DNA of 64,000 nt, taken from positions 84,533-148,532 of the forward strand of contig JBJDXQ010000022.1 of NCBI GenBank assembly GCA_051866745.1, in the 5' to 3' direction. The first letter of the stretch is position 1; the number at the start of each line of letters is the position of its first letter. A model generated the notes under the pieces. The model was not told the DNA's origin and ran no database searches. It saw only the letters and a list, made by a program, of their open reading frames with translations. Of this stretch, positions 1 to 8,965 are shown piece after piece. This DNA is from Candidatus Limivicinus sp. GTDB lineage: Bacteria; Bacillota; Clostridia; Oscillospirales; Oscillospiraceae. The position numbers were made by a program, and so were the translations under genes.

Positions 1-473
1 ACGCCGGTATCGCCCGGCCGGAGCAGTTTCAGGATATTGCGCCGGAAACCTGGAAGCGGCTGTTCGACGTGAACCTGGGGGGCTGCTTCAACACCATTCA
101 GGCGGTTCTGCCCCATATGCTCCATGAGCACGCCGGCTGCATCGTGAACATGTCCTCCATCTGGGGCCAGCATGGCGCCTCCTGCGAGGTGGCCTATGCC
201 TCCACCAAGCATGCCATCATCGGCTTGAGCCGCTCCCTGGCGGCGGAGCTGGCACCCTCCGGCATCCGGGTCAACTGCGTCGCCCCCGGCGTCATCGATA
301 CCGACATGGTGCAGGTGCTGGGCCAGGAGACGCTGGACAATCTGGCCCAGGAACAGATTCCTCTTGGCCGCCTGGGCAAAACCGAGGAGATCGCCGAGAC
401 CGTGCTCTATCTGGCCAGGGCAAGCTACACTACCGGCCAGGTCATCACCGTGGACGGCGGCTTCATCATCTGA
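1..473 (+). CDS. short-chain dehydrogenase/reductase (FabG-like), 5-prime truncated by window edge
   Basis: The frame is open from base 3 (AGIARPEQFQDIAPETWKRLFDVNLGG...). SDR YxxxK active site is present (YASTKHAIIGLSRSLA), followed by VNCVAPGVIDTDM. Confidence 0.85.
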   Translation, partial: AGIARPEQFQDIAPETWKRLFDVNLGGCFNTIQAVLPHMLHEHAGCIVNMSSIWGQHGASCEVAYASTKHAIIGLSRSLAAELAPSGIRVNCVAPGVIDTDMVQVLGQETLDNLAQEQIPLGRLGKTEEIAETVLYLARASYTTGQVITVDGGFII

Positions 474-484
474 AATCGGATTTT

Positions 485-517
485 ATATACACCGGCTTTG
501 CCCGGTGTATATTTTTT
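485..517 (+). terminator. intrinsic terminator after the SDR gene
   Basis: Hairpin atatacaccgg/ccggtgtatat followed by a run of 6 T. Confidence 0.8.
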
Positions 518-595
518 GCCTTCTCTGGTGAGACTATTTACAGTTCACTACATATGATGTAATGGGCGACTATTCAGGCGGAGTGTGAATCAACA

Positions 596-940
596 ATGGT
601 CAAACGCGGAGATATCTATTACGCCGACCTCAGCCCGGTGGTCGGCAGCGAGCAGGGAGGCATGCGCCCGGTGCTCATCGTCCAGAACGACACCGGCAAC
701 CGGCACAGCCCCACCGTGATCGCGGCGGCCATCACCAGCCAGATCGGCAAGGCCAGGCTGCCCACCCACATCGAGCTCTCCGCCCAGAGCGTGGGATTGA
801 ACAGAGACAGCGTCATCCTTTTGGAGCAGATTCGTACGCTGGATAAATCCCGCCTGCGGGAGCGGATGGGGAAGCTGGACGAGAACACCATGACAGCCGT
901 GGACAATGCCCTGGCCGTCAGCTTTGGACTGCATAACTGA
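596..940 (+). CDS. mazF: MazF/PemK-family endoribonuclease toxin (type II TA toxin)
   Basis: 114 aa. [32 protein letters not shown]...AAITSQ...[17 protein letters not shown] is a textbook MazF/EndoA pattern. Confidence 0.9.
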   Translation: MVKRGDIYYADLSPVVGSEQGGMRPVLIVQNDTGNRHSPTVIAAAITSQIGKARLPTHIELSAQSVGLNRDSVILLEQIRTLDKSRLRERMGKLDENTMTAVDNALAVSFGLHN

Positions 941-950
941 ATAATTCCAG

Positions 951-983
951 TCTCCTGCCCATATATTTGGGCAGGAGATTTTT
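951..983 (+). terminator. intrinsic terminator directly after mazF
   Basis: Hairpin tctcctgccc/gggcaggaga followed by ttttt. Confidence 0.75.
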
Positions 984-1002
984 GCGTGAAGGAGGCGCGG
1001 AC

Positions 1003-1572
1003 ATGGACTATCCGCTGCTGCTGGGCGGGGAAAGGGCCGGGACGCTGCGCATAGAGCAGCAGGGACTTTATACCTGCATGGAAGTCAGCGCCGAGGCAAG
1101 GGAAGGGCTGCTGCGCATCTGGGTGCAGGGCGGTGGCCGGGAGGCCTACCTGGGTATTTTGCAGCCGAAAGGGGAGGGCTTGTATCTGTGCCGCCGGCTG
1201 AGCCGCCGGGAGCTGGCAGCCTTTCCCCAGGTGATCGAACAGGCCTCCGACCGGCAATTGCCACCCCAAGAAGAAGTTGACATAACACAAGAATCACAGG
1301 AGCCGGCGCAGGCTCTGCTGCTGCCGGCCCCGGCGCCCGCACTGGAACCCGACCCCGAGCCTGAACCAGAACTTCAGCCTCAGCCCGAACCCCGGCCGGC
1401 AAGTACCATGGAGCCGCCCGCCCTTATCTGGCAGGAGCGGCGGGACGGCAGCCTGGTGGCGAAGGAGGGGAGCCATACCCTGCTGGCCCTGCCGGCCCGA
1501 CTGCGCCGCGCGCCCCAGGGGGCCGACCTGCGCCGCATCGGCGGCAGGGAATATTTGGTCTTCCGCTATTGA
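1003..1572 (+). CDS. hypothetical protein with Pro/Glu-rich central linker
   Basis: GGAGG sits 8 nt upstream of the ATG at 1003, an internal Met of track ORF 967..1572. Globular N- and C-terminal parts are joined by PAPAPALEPDPEPEPELQPQPEPRP. I recognise no family. Confidence 0.55.
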   Translation: MDYPLLLGGERAGTLRIEQQGLYTCMEVSAEAREGLLRIWVQGGGREAYLGILQPKGEGLYLCRRLSRRELAAFPQVIEQASDRQLPPQEEVDITQESQEPAQALLLPAPAPALEPDPEPEPELQPQPEPRPASTMEPPALIWQERRDGSLVAKEGSHTLLALPARLRRAPQGADLRRIGGREYLVFRY

Positions 1573-1630
1573 GAACGGGGCCGGAAAGGTGTATAATGAA
1601 AGAAAAAAAGGGGAGGACACTGCCGTGCTG

Positions 1631-2929
1631 ATGACCGATCTTATTGTAAAAAAACGTGACGGAGGCGAACTCAGCCACGAGGAAATCAACTTCATGATCG
1701 ATGGCTATACCCGGGGCCAGATCCCGGATTACCAGATGTCCGCCATGTGCATGGCCATTCTGCTCCGGGGTATGAGCGATCGGGAGACCCTGGATATGAC
1801 CATGGCCATGGTCCATTCCGGGGAGACCCTGGACCTCAGCCCTATCCAGGGCGTCAAGGGGGATAAGCACTCCACCGGCGGCGTGGGGGATAAGACCAGC
1901 CTGGTGCTGTGCCCCATGGTGGCGGCCTGCGGATTGAAGGTGGCCAAAATGTCCGGCCGGGGCCTGGGCCATACCGGCGGCACCATAGATAAGCTGGAGA
2001 GCTTTCCCGGCTTCACCACCGGCATCGGGGAGGAGGCCTTCTTTAAAAATGTAAATGACATCGGCATCGCCATCGCCGGACAAACGGCGGACCTTGTGCC
2101 TGCGGATAAAAAGCTCTATGCCCTGCGGGATGTCACCGGCACCGTCCCCAGCATCCCGCTGATTGTCAGCTCCATCATGTCCAAGAAGCTGGCCTCCGGC
2201 GCGGATGTGATCGTGCTGGACGTGAAATGCGGCAGCGGCGCCTTCATGAAAACCGAGGAGGAGGCCCGCGCCCTGGCCCAGGGCCTGACCCGCATCGGCC
2301 GCCTGGCCGGGCGGAAATGTGCCGCCGTCATCACCGACATGGATCAGCCCTTGGGCTGGGCCGTGGGCAACGCCCTGGAGGTGAAGGAGGCCATCTCTGT
2401 CCTGAAAGGGGAGAAGGGGGGCGACCTGCTGGAGCTGTGCCTGACTCTGGGCAGCTGTATGCTTACCGAGGCGGGCCTTGCCGGCAGCATTGAGGAAGCC
2501 CGCGCCAAGCTGGAAAAAACAATAAGCGACGGCACGGCCCTGGAGAAGCTGAGCCAGATGGTGACGGCCCAGCAGGGCGACGGCCGGGACGTGTATGACA
2601 CTTCCCGTCTGCCCATGGCTCCGGTGCAGTTGGAGGTACCGGCCCTGGAGAGCGGCTTTGTCCGCCGTATTGAGGCGGAGCAGGTGGGTCTTGTGAGTAT
2701 GCACCTGGGCGGCGGCCGGGCCACCAAGGACAGCGAGATCGACCTGTCCGTGGGTCTGGTGCTCCATAAGAAGGTGGGGGACCGTGTGGAAGCGGGGGAG
2801 AGCCTGGCCACCATCCATGCCCCCAGCCGGGAAAAGGCGGCGGAGGCGGCGGAACTGCTGCGCGCCTGCTACAGCCTCAGCCCCGACCCGGTGCAGCGCA
2901 GCCCCTTCATCAAGGATATTATCCGCTAA
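1631..2929 (+). CDS. pdp: pyrimidine-nucleoside (thymidine) phosphorylase
   Basis: MTDLIVKKRDGGELSHEEINFMIDGYTRGQIPDYQMSA...KHSTGGVGDKTSL motif. The start is taken at the ATG after a GGGGAGG RBS; a GTG at 1625 is also possible. Confidence 0.9.
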   Translation: MTDLIVKKRDGGELSHEEINFMIDGYTRGQIPDYQMSAMCMAILLRGMSDRETLDMTMAMVHSGETLDLSPIQGVKGDKHSTGGVGDKTSLVLCPMVAACGLKVAKMSGRGLGHTGGTIDKLESFPGFTTGIGEEAFFKNVNDIGIAIAGQTADLVPADKKLYALRDVTGTVPSIPLIVSSIMSKKLASGADVIVLDVKCGSGAFMKTEEEARALAQGLTRIGRLAGRKCAAVITDMDQPLGWAVGNALEVKEAISVLKGEKGGDLLELCLTLGSCMLTEAGLAGSIEEARAKLEKTISDGTALEKLSQMVTAQQGDGRDVYDTSRLPMAPVQLEVPALESGFVRRIEAEQVGLVSMHLGGGRATKDSEIDLSVGLVLHKKVGDRVEAGESLATIHAPSREKAAEAAELLRACYSLSPDPVQRSPFIKDIIR

Positions 2930-2952
2930 GCCAGCGTCAATATTGTCAGATA

Positions 2953-2990
2953 ATCAGCAATAGAGCATTTTGCCCTATTGCTGATTTCTT
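2953..2990 (+). terminator. intrinsic terminator after pdp
   Basis: 11-bp stem atcagcaatag/ctattgctgat followed by a T-rich tail. Confidence 0.65.
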
Positions 2991-3103
2991 ATTTCATCAA
3001 ATTTCGTCAAAATGTTAATTGTAATCCTGAACGGCATATGTTAAACTGTCTCAGCAAGGAAAACAAATGTCCTTATAATACGGACACAGACATGGAGGAT
3101 AAA

Positions 3104-4252
3104 ATGAAAGTTGCTGTTTTGGGCTTCGGCACCGTTGGGGCCGGGATTTATGAGATGCTTGCAAATGCAAAAGGGCTGGAGCAGGGGCCGGTTTTGGTGC
3201 GGCCCGGAAAGGATGACGCTCCCTTTAAGCGAACAAGCATAGAGGCCATTCTGGCGGAGCCGGGTGTGGAAGCTGTGGCGGAGGCCATGGGCGGCATTGA
3301 GCCGGCCTTCAGCTATGCCATGGCAGCTCTGAAAGCCGGCAAGCACTTTGTCACCTCCAATAAGGCTTTGGTGGCGGCCCATGGGATCGAGCTGGCCGCT
3401 GCGGCCCGGGAGAAGGGGGTGGGCTTCCTGTTCAGCGCCGCCTGCGGCGGTGGGATGCCCTTCCTGCATAATCTGAGTATCGCCGTGGAGAGCGACCTGA
3501 TCGTCTCCCTGGGCGGTATCCTCAACGGCACCACCAACTATATGCTGGACGCCATGCAGCGCCGCTCCCTGGGCTATGCCGAGGCTCTGAGTGACGCCCA
3601 GCGCCTGGGCTATGCCGAGGCAGACCCCAGCGCCGATGTCTCCGGCCTGGACGCCCTGCGCAAGATCGTCCTCAGTTCCGCGGTGGCCTATGATCTGCTG
3701 CCGGTGGAGGGCCTGTGCCATGAGGGCATCGAGAGCATCACCGCCGAGGACGTGAAGCGCATCCAGGCCCGGGGCCTCAGCTGCCGCCTGATGGCAAAAT
3801 GCGGCCCTGCCGTCGGCGGCAAGGTCTACGCCTATGTGGAGCCGGTGCTGTTCCCCGCCTCCGCCCCGGAGTGCAGCGTCCTGGATAACTACAACATGGC
3901 CCGGTATGAGGGCAAGTGCGCCGGCCCCATGGTGTTCATGGGCCAGGGCGCGGGCCGCTGGCCCACCGCTTCCGCCGTGCTGCGGGATCTGGATTGCATC
4001 CTCAAGGGTCGGCTGCATATGCTCTCCCCCGCCTGTCATGAGGGCAGCGCCGACAACGCCGCTTGCAGCCACAGCTACTATGTGCGCCTGCCCAGCAGCC
4101 TGTCCGGCTGCTTCGAGGCCAAGAGCTACAGCGAGGCTGACGGCGTCAGTGAGCTGATCACCAAACCCATGTCTGTCAAGGCCATGCATGAGCTGGCCGC
4201 CCGGCTGCGCGGCGAGGGGGCCTCCCTGTTCTTTGCCGCTGTGGAGGATTGA
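3104..4252 (+). CDS. hom: homoserine dehydrogenase
   Basis: MKVAVLGFGTVGAGIYEML Rossmann N-terminus, with GGAGG 6 nt upstream of the ATG at 3104. Homoserine-DH core motifs are present (LNGTTNYML, YAEADPS.DV.G.DA). Confidence 0.9.
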   Translation: MKVAVLGFGTVGAGIYEMLANAKGLEQGPVLVRPGKDDAPFKRTSIEAILAEPGVEAVAEAMGGIEPAFSYAMAALKAGKHFVTSNKALVAAHGIELAAAAREKGVGFLFSAACGGGMPFLHNLSIAVESDLIVSLGGILNGTTNYMLDAMQRRSLGYAEALSDAQRLGYAEADPSADVSGLDALRKIVLSSAVAYDLLPVEGLCHEGIESITAEDVKRIQARGLSCRLMAKCGPAVGGKVYAYVEPVLFPASAPECSVLDNYNMARYEGKCAGPMVFMGQGAGRWPTASAVLRDLDCILKGRLHMLSPACHEGSADNAACSHSYYVRLPSSLSGCFEAKSYSEADGVSELITKPMSVKAMHELAARLRGEGASLFFAAVED

Positions 4253-4255
4253 GCC

Positions 4256-5569
4256 ATGGTCAAGGTTGCAAAATTCGGCGGCTCCTCCGTGGCCGGGGCC
4301 CAGCAGTTTGAAAAGGTCAAGGCCATCGTGGAGGCGGACCCGGCCCGGAAGGTGGTGGTGGTCTCCGCCGCCGGCAAGCGCAGCAGCGGCGACCATAAGC
4401 TCACCGATCTGCTGTATCTCTGCCATGCCCACCTGACCTATGGGGTATCATGCGACGACATTGTTCATACAATAGAGCAGCGCCTCTGCGAGATTCGGGA
4501 CGAGTTGGGCCTTCGCTTTGATGTGGGGGCGGAGATGGCCCGGCTGGAGCAGAGCCTCAGCAAGGATATGTCCGCCGATGAGCTGGTGTCCCGGGGCGAG
4601 TACCTGACCTCCCGGCTGATGGCCGATTACCTGGGCTATCAGTTTGTGGACGCGGCGGACTGTGTTTTCTTCGCCTATGACGGTCAGGTGGACCGGGAAA
4701 AGACCTACGCCGCCATCAGGGCCGCCTATGAGCAGTACGGCCGCATCGTGATCCCCGGCTTCTATGGCCGCCTGCCCAACGGCCGCATCAAGGTGATGAC
4801 CCGGGGCGGCAGCGACATCAGCGGCGCCCTGGCCGTGGCGGCCATTGACGCCGACGTGTACGAGAACTGGACGGACGTGTCCGGCATCCTGATGGCGGAC
4901 CCCCGCATTGTGAAGGACCCCAAACCCATCGGCCGCATCACTTATGCGGAGCTGCGGGAGCTGGCCTTCATGGGGGCCTCCGTGCTCCATGAGGAATCGG
5001 TGCAGCCGGTGAAGGAGAAGGGGATCGCCCTCAACATCCGCAACACCAACTGCCCGGAGCATCCCGGGACCATCATCGTGGATAAGATTGAAAAGGAGGA
5101 GCGGGATGAACGTTTCCTCACTGGCATCGCCGGGCGGAAGAATTTCACCATCCTCACCGTCAATAAGCGGAACATGAACGCCAGCCAGACCCTGCGCCAG
5201 ACCCTGGAGATCTTTGACCACTATCATGCCAATGTGGAGCATATCACCCTGGGGCTGGACTCCTTTGCCCTGGTGACCTCCACCGCCGCCCTGGGGGACG
5301 CGCTTTACAGCCTCATGGGGGACATCGAGAAGCAGTGCCACCCGGAGGACCTGCGGGTGCAGGACGGCATCGCCCTGGTGGCTGCCGTGGGCCGCAAAAT
5401 GACCTTCCGCCCCGGCATCTCCGGCAAAATCTTCAAGGCGCTGGGCGAAGAGGGCATCAATATCCGCACCATTGCCCAGGGCGCGGATGAGCTTTCCATC
5501 ATCGTGGGCGTGGACAACAAAAATTACGAGGCGGCGGTACAGGTGCTGTACGACAGCTTCGCTGGTTAA
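4256..5569 (+). CDS. aspartate kinase
   Basis: MVKVAKFGGSSVA...VVVVSAAGK kinase N-terminus and C-terminal ACT-like repeats. It starts 3 nt after the hom stop. Confidence 0.9.
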   Translation: MVKVAKFGGSSVAGAQQFEKVKAIVEADPARKVVVVSAAGKRSSGDHKLTDLLYLCHAHLTYGVSCDDIVHTIEQRLCEIRDELGLRFDVGAEMARLEQSLSKDMSADELVSRGEYLTSRLMADYLGYQFVDAADCVFFAYDGQVDREKTYAAIRAAYEQYGRIVIPGFYGRLPNGRIKVMTRGGSDISGALAVAAIDADVYENWTDVSGILMADPRIVKDPKPIGRITYAELRELAFMGASVLHEESVQPVKEKGIALNIRNTNCPEHPGTIIVDKIEKEERDERFLTGIAGRKNFTILTVNKRNMNASQTLRQTLEIFDHYHANVEHITLGLDSFALVTSTAALGDALYSLMGDIEKQCHPEDLRVQDGIALVAAVGRKMTFRPGISGKIFKALGEEGINIRTIAQGADELSIIVGVDNKNYEAAVQVLYDSFAG

Positions 5570-5594
5570 CATAATGTAATGGAGGAGAAGAAAA

Positions 5595-6602
5595 ATGAAA
5601 AAATATAATGTCGCCATTCTGGGTGCTTCCGGCGCCGTGGGCCAGCAGATGCTGCAGGTCCTGGAAGAGTATCAGATCCCTGTGGACACCCTGCTGCCCC
5701 TGGCCAGTGCCCGCAGCGCCGGGGAAAAGGTGCTGTTCAATGGCCGGGAAGTGGAGATTCAGGAAGCCACCGAGGACAGCTTCCAGGGCATGGATTTTGT
5801 CCTGGGCGCGGTGAAAAACGGCATGTCCAGAAAGTTTGCCCCCGCCATCGTCAAGAGCGGCGCGGTGTACATCGATAACAGCTCCGCCTTCCGCCTTGAC
5901 CCGGAGGTGCCCCTCATCGTGCCGGAAATCAACGGCGCCGACGCCCTGAACAACAAGGGCATCATCGCAAACCCCAACTGCTCCACCATCATCACCCTGA
6001 TGGCTGTGGCTGCCCTGGCGAAGATTTCTCCCATCCGTTCCATGGTGGCCTGCACCTATCAGGCTGTCTCCGGCGCCGGCAAGGCCGGCTTTGACGAGCT
6101 GGAGGGCCAAATGGCCGCCGCCGTCAACGGCGGGGAGATGGAGTGCAAGGTGTTCCCCACCCAGATCGCTCTCAACGTTATTCCTCACATCGGTGACGAG
6201 CTGGAGAACCTCTATACCGATGAGGAGATGAAGATGCAGAACGAGGGGCAGCGCATCCTCCACCTGCCGGAGCTGAAGGTGAACTGCACCTGCGTCCGGG
6301 TGCCCGTTATGCGCTCCCACTCCATCGCCGTCACGGTCCGCACGGAGGAGAAGATTTCCGTGGAGCAGGCCAAGGCCGCCATTGCCGCTTTCCCCGGCTG
6401 CCGTCTGATTGAGGATTACCAGGGCCGCAACTACCCCACGCCGCTGGACACCAGCAATCAGGACCTGGTCTGGGTGGGCCGCATCCGCGAGGACCTGACC
6501 GACGATAAGGGCCTGACTCTCTGGTGCTGCGGCGATCAGATCCGCAAGGGCGCCGCCAGCAACGCCGTGCAGATTCTGAAATACCTGATTGAGAACCGAT
6601 AA
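5595..6602 (+). CDS. asd: aspartate-semialdehyde dehydrogenase
   Basis: MKKYNVAILGASGAVGQ...IANPNCSTI (active-site Cys)...RVPV..HS. Confidence 0.92.
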   Translation: MKKYNVAILGASGAVGQQMLQVLEEYQIPVDTLLPLASARSAGEKVLFNGREVEIQEATEDSFQGMDFVLGAVKNGMSRKFAPAIVKSGAVYIDNSSAFRLDPEVPLIVPEINGADALNNKGIIANPNCSTIITLMAVAALAKISPIRSMVACTYQAVSGAGKAGFDELEGQMAAAVNGGEMECKVFPTQIALNVIPHIGDELENLYTDEEMKMQNEGQRILHLPELKVNCTCVRVPVMRSHSIAVTVRTEEKISVEQAKAAIAAFPGCRLIEDYQGRNYPTPLDTSNQDLVWVGRIREDLTDDKGLTLWCCGDQIRKGAASNAVQILKYLIENR

Positions 6603-6617
6603 GTTTTACCGCATATC

Positions 6618-6650
6618 AAAAGCGCCCGCCTTGAGAAGGCGGGCGCTTTT
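6618..6650. terminator. bidirectional terminator between asd and the convergent lipoprotein gene
   Basis: Hairpin aaaagcgcccgcc/ggcgggcgctttt with A/T runs on both sides. Confidence 0.8.
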
Positions 6651-6654
6651 GATA

Positions 6655-7902
6655 TTATTTGAGATCATAAAGGTAGAAATTTCCGTCTCCGGGCTGCTCC
6701 AGCACCGTGTCGCTGTCAAACCAGATGAGCCTTTCGGCGTTCTGGCTGTCCAGCCGCACTATGGTGCAGTCCCGGTAATCCAGCACAGCGGCCCTGTTGC
6801 TGCCGGTGTCCTTCAGCAGCAGGCGCTGGCCGTCCAGACTGCCGGTGCTGCTCAGGTTGGAGGCAGGCAGGGTATAGCCCTCCACGGCCCGCAGAGACCA
6901 GTCCTCCATATCCAGCACATAGGTCTGGCCGCTGCCGTCGGTGCACAGGGCGTAGCGGCTGCCGGAGAACATATTGCCCTGCCGCAGCTGACTGTCAAAG
7001 CCGGCCAGATGGGCAAAGCGCAGGTTGCCGGTGTCCACGTCGGTCTGCAGGGCGGGCATTTCCTGCCGCTTGAAATCCGAAAGCTCAATGCTCCAGAAAT
7101 GATAGTCCCCCAGAACACCGCTGCCCTCGCCGCCCTGGCTCCAGCAGATGATTTTGTCGCCGGCGACAGTACAGGCCTTCACCGGCTCGCCGGAGAGCTC
7201 GTCCAGGCTGTAGACTGTGTTGGTTTTCAGATTGCAGTAGTAGATGGCGCCGCCCTCCCGGGCCAGCAGCAAACCGCTGTGATCCGGGCTGAACGCGGCG
7301 TTGCAGATTTGGGAAAGACTGCCCAGGCGGCAGTTGGCAAGCAGATCCGTCAGCTCTCCGCTTTCCAGATCCAGCAACACCGGGTAGTAGCTGTAAACGG
7401 TGTCGTCCTCCCCGGCAAGCCAGCGCAGCAGGAACAGATTTTTACTGTCCTGGTCAGACAGGGTCAGCATGCTGGCCTCCATATCCGCAGGGACGTAGGT
7501 TAGCGTCTTGATGCCGTCATACTCTGCCCAGTCAAAGCTCAGGTGGTAGCGATTGCCCTCCAGGGTGTAGGCGTTGTTGAACTGCGCCTCTTCCAGCTGT
7601 TCCAGCGCCCCATCGGCGTTGACGGCGAAGGCGTCGTAATGGCTGCCCTGATTCATCTCCACCGGGTCGGCGCAAAGATAGAACACGCCGCAGTTTTCCA
7701 TAGGCCGCAGCTGCTTGCCCTTATAGATTTCCGGGACAACGGCGCTGGCTTTTATCAGGGGGAGAGTCGGTCCGTTGGCGCTGACCGATGCCGCCCGCAT
7801 TGCCGGGGCCGCCGATGCGCGGGCGGGTGCCTGCGCCTCCGCCTTGCTGCAGGCGCTGATCAGGCAGCACAGGGCCAATAGTAGCAAGATGATTCTTTTC
7901 AT
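6655..7902 (-). CDS. lipoprotein, function unknown
   Basis: Internal start MKRIILLLLALCCLISAC (signal peptide plus lipobox) is preceded by CAGGAGG. The upstream part of track ORF 6655..8166 looks non-coding. Confidence 0.7.
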   Translation of the reverse strand: MKRIILLLLALCCLISACSKAEAQAPARASAAPAMRAASVSANGPTLPLIKASAVVPEIYKGKQLRPMENCGVFYLCADPVEMNQGSHYDAFAVNADGALEQLEEAQFNNAYTLEGNRYHLSFDWAEYDGIKTLTYVPADMEASMLTLSDQDSKNLFLLRWLAGEDDTVYSYYPVLLDLESGELTDLLANCRLGSLSQICNAAFSPDHSGLLLAREGGAIYYCNLKTNTVYSLDELSGEPVKACTVAGDKIICWSQGGEGSGVLGDYHFWSIELSDFKRQEMPALQTDVDTGNLRFAHLAGFDSQLRQGNMFSGSRYALCTDGSGQTYVLDMEDWSLRAVEGYTLPASNLSSTGSLDGQRLLLKDTGSNRAAVLDYRDCTIVRLDSQNAERLIWFDSDTVLEQPGDGNFYLYDLK

Positions 7903-8010
7903 GCCGACCTCCTGTGATTTGTTTACCATAACTCTGACGAGGACATTTCTATTTTGTTCCAGCATACCATAGAAACCGTAATATTTTTTAGACAAACAAT
8001 AAACTTTGGG

Positions 8011-8043
8011 AAAACAAAACAGGCCGCCCTTTGGGCGGCCCTG
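8011..8043 (-). terminator. intrinsic terminator after the SGNH-like gene
   Basis: Minus-strand hairpin cagggccgcc/ggcggcctg followed by ttttgtttt. Confidence 0.75.
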
Positions 8044-8056
8044 TGTGGATGAAAAA

Positions 8057-8905
8057 TCAGATTCCATGCATACGGAAATATTCCATGATCTTGCTGATGC
8101 CGGCGGCGCTGATGCTGCGGCCGTCTGCGGCGGCGTATTCAGCGCTGAGGGCGCCGCTGGTGTCATTCAAAATGGCCCCCAGATCCGCATAGTAGACCCC
8201 GGTGTCGGCGCAGACCTGCTGAATCCACTGGTTGGCCTGGGCCACCAGTGAGGCTGTCAGCCCGTCGGTGCCGGTGTAGGCGGCGGTGACGGAGCCGATG
8301 GAGCAGCAGATAATCCGCGTCTCCGGGCTTGCCGACTGGATGCCCTTCACAAGGGAGCTGTACCCGGCAATAAAGCTGTCCCGATCGGCACTGCCCAGAT
8401 TGTCGCCACCCAGGTAAATCACCAGCCGGGCCGGCTGATACAGGCCGGCGGCGTCCGCCGGGGTTTTCTCTGTGCCGTCATTGGGGTAGATGATTTTGGT
8501 ACTGGCAGCGTTAGTGGCGGGGAGGATGCCCCCTGCGGGCAGCCATACCTGGGCGGAAGCGGTGCTGCCGAAGTTGGCGCCGAAGCTGCCCACGGCGGAA
8601 AAGCTTTCATCGCACAGGAAGGTCAGGTTGAAAAGGTATTCCAGCCCTGTGTCCTGAGAACCGGGCAGCGCCATGGCGCCGGCACCGCCGTCCAGGCCGC
8701 CGTCCACCCCGCTACTGTCGGAATGACCGGCAGAGCCGCCGGAGGAAAGCCCGCTGCCCTCCCCCAGATACAGGGTGCCGTCCTGCCGCTGGCCGCCGAA
8801 GCCCAGCACCATGGTGATGATCAGGCCGACCAGCACCGCCGCCAGGGCGACCACGATGGCCAGGGCCCAGATGATGTTTTTGATTCCTGATAATCCGTTA
8901 TTCAT
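8057..8905 (-). CDS. membrane-anchored SGNH/GDSL-like hydrolase family protein
   Basis: N-terminal TM helix, a Gly/Ser-rich linker, then a C-terminal domain with GDSL-like blocks (VIYLGGDNLG ... ). The family call is tentative. Confidence 0.55.
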   Translation of the reverse strand: MNNGLSGIKNIIWALAIVVALAAVLVGLIITMVLGFGGQRQDGTLYLGEGSGLSSGGSAGHSDSSGVDGGLDGGAGAMALPGSQDTGLEYLFNLTFLCDESFSAVGSFGANFGSTASAQVWLPAGGILPATNAASTKIIYPNDGTEKTPADAAGLYQPARLVIYLGGDNLGSADRDSFIAGYSSLVKGIQSASPETRIICCSIGSVTAAYTGTDGLTASLVAQANQWIQQVCADTGVYYADLGAILNDTSGALSAEYAAADGRSISAAGISKIMEYFRMHGI

Positions 8906-8917
8906 AGTCCTCTTGGT

Positions 8918-8948
8918 TTAAAAACTGGCGGCCTGTTACAGCCGCCAG
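8918..8948 (-). terminator. intrinsic terminator after the EF-G-like gene
   Basis: Minus-strand hairpin ctggcggc/gccgccag followed by ttttt. Confidence 0.8.
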
Positions 8949-8965
8949 TCACTGTTATTTTGTGC

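Noticed and set aside
2978-3103. A lysine riboswitch, T-box, or N-terminal extension of homoserine dehydrogenase (the track ORF starts at 2978).
   Set aside because: The extension translates to an implausible peptide and overlaps the pdp terminator. A GGAGG RBS precedes the internal ATG at 3104. I recognised no L-box or T-box features (specifier/T-box sequence) in the 110-nt leader.
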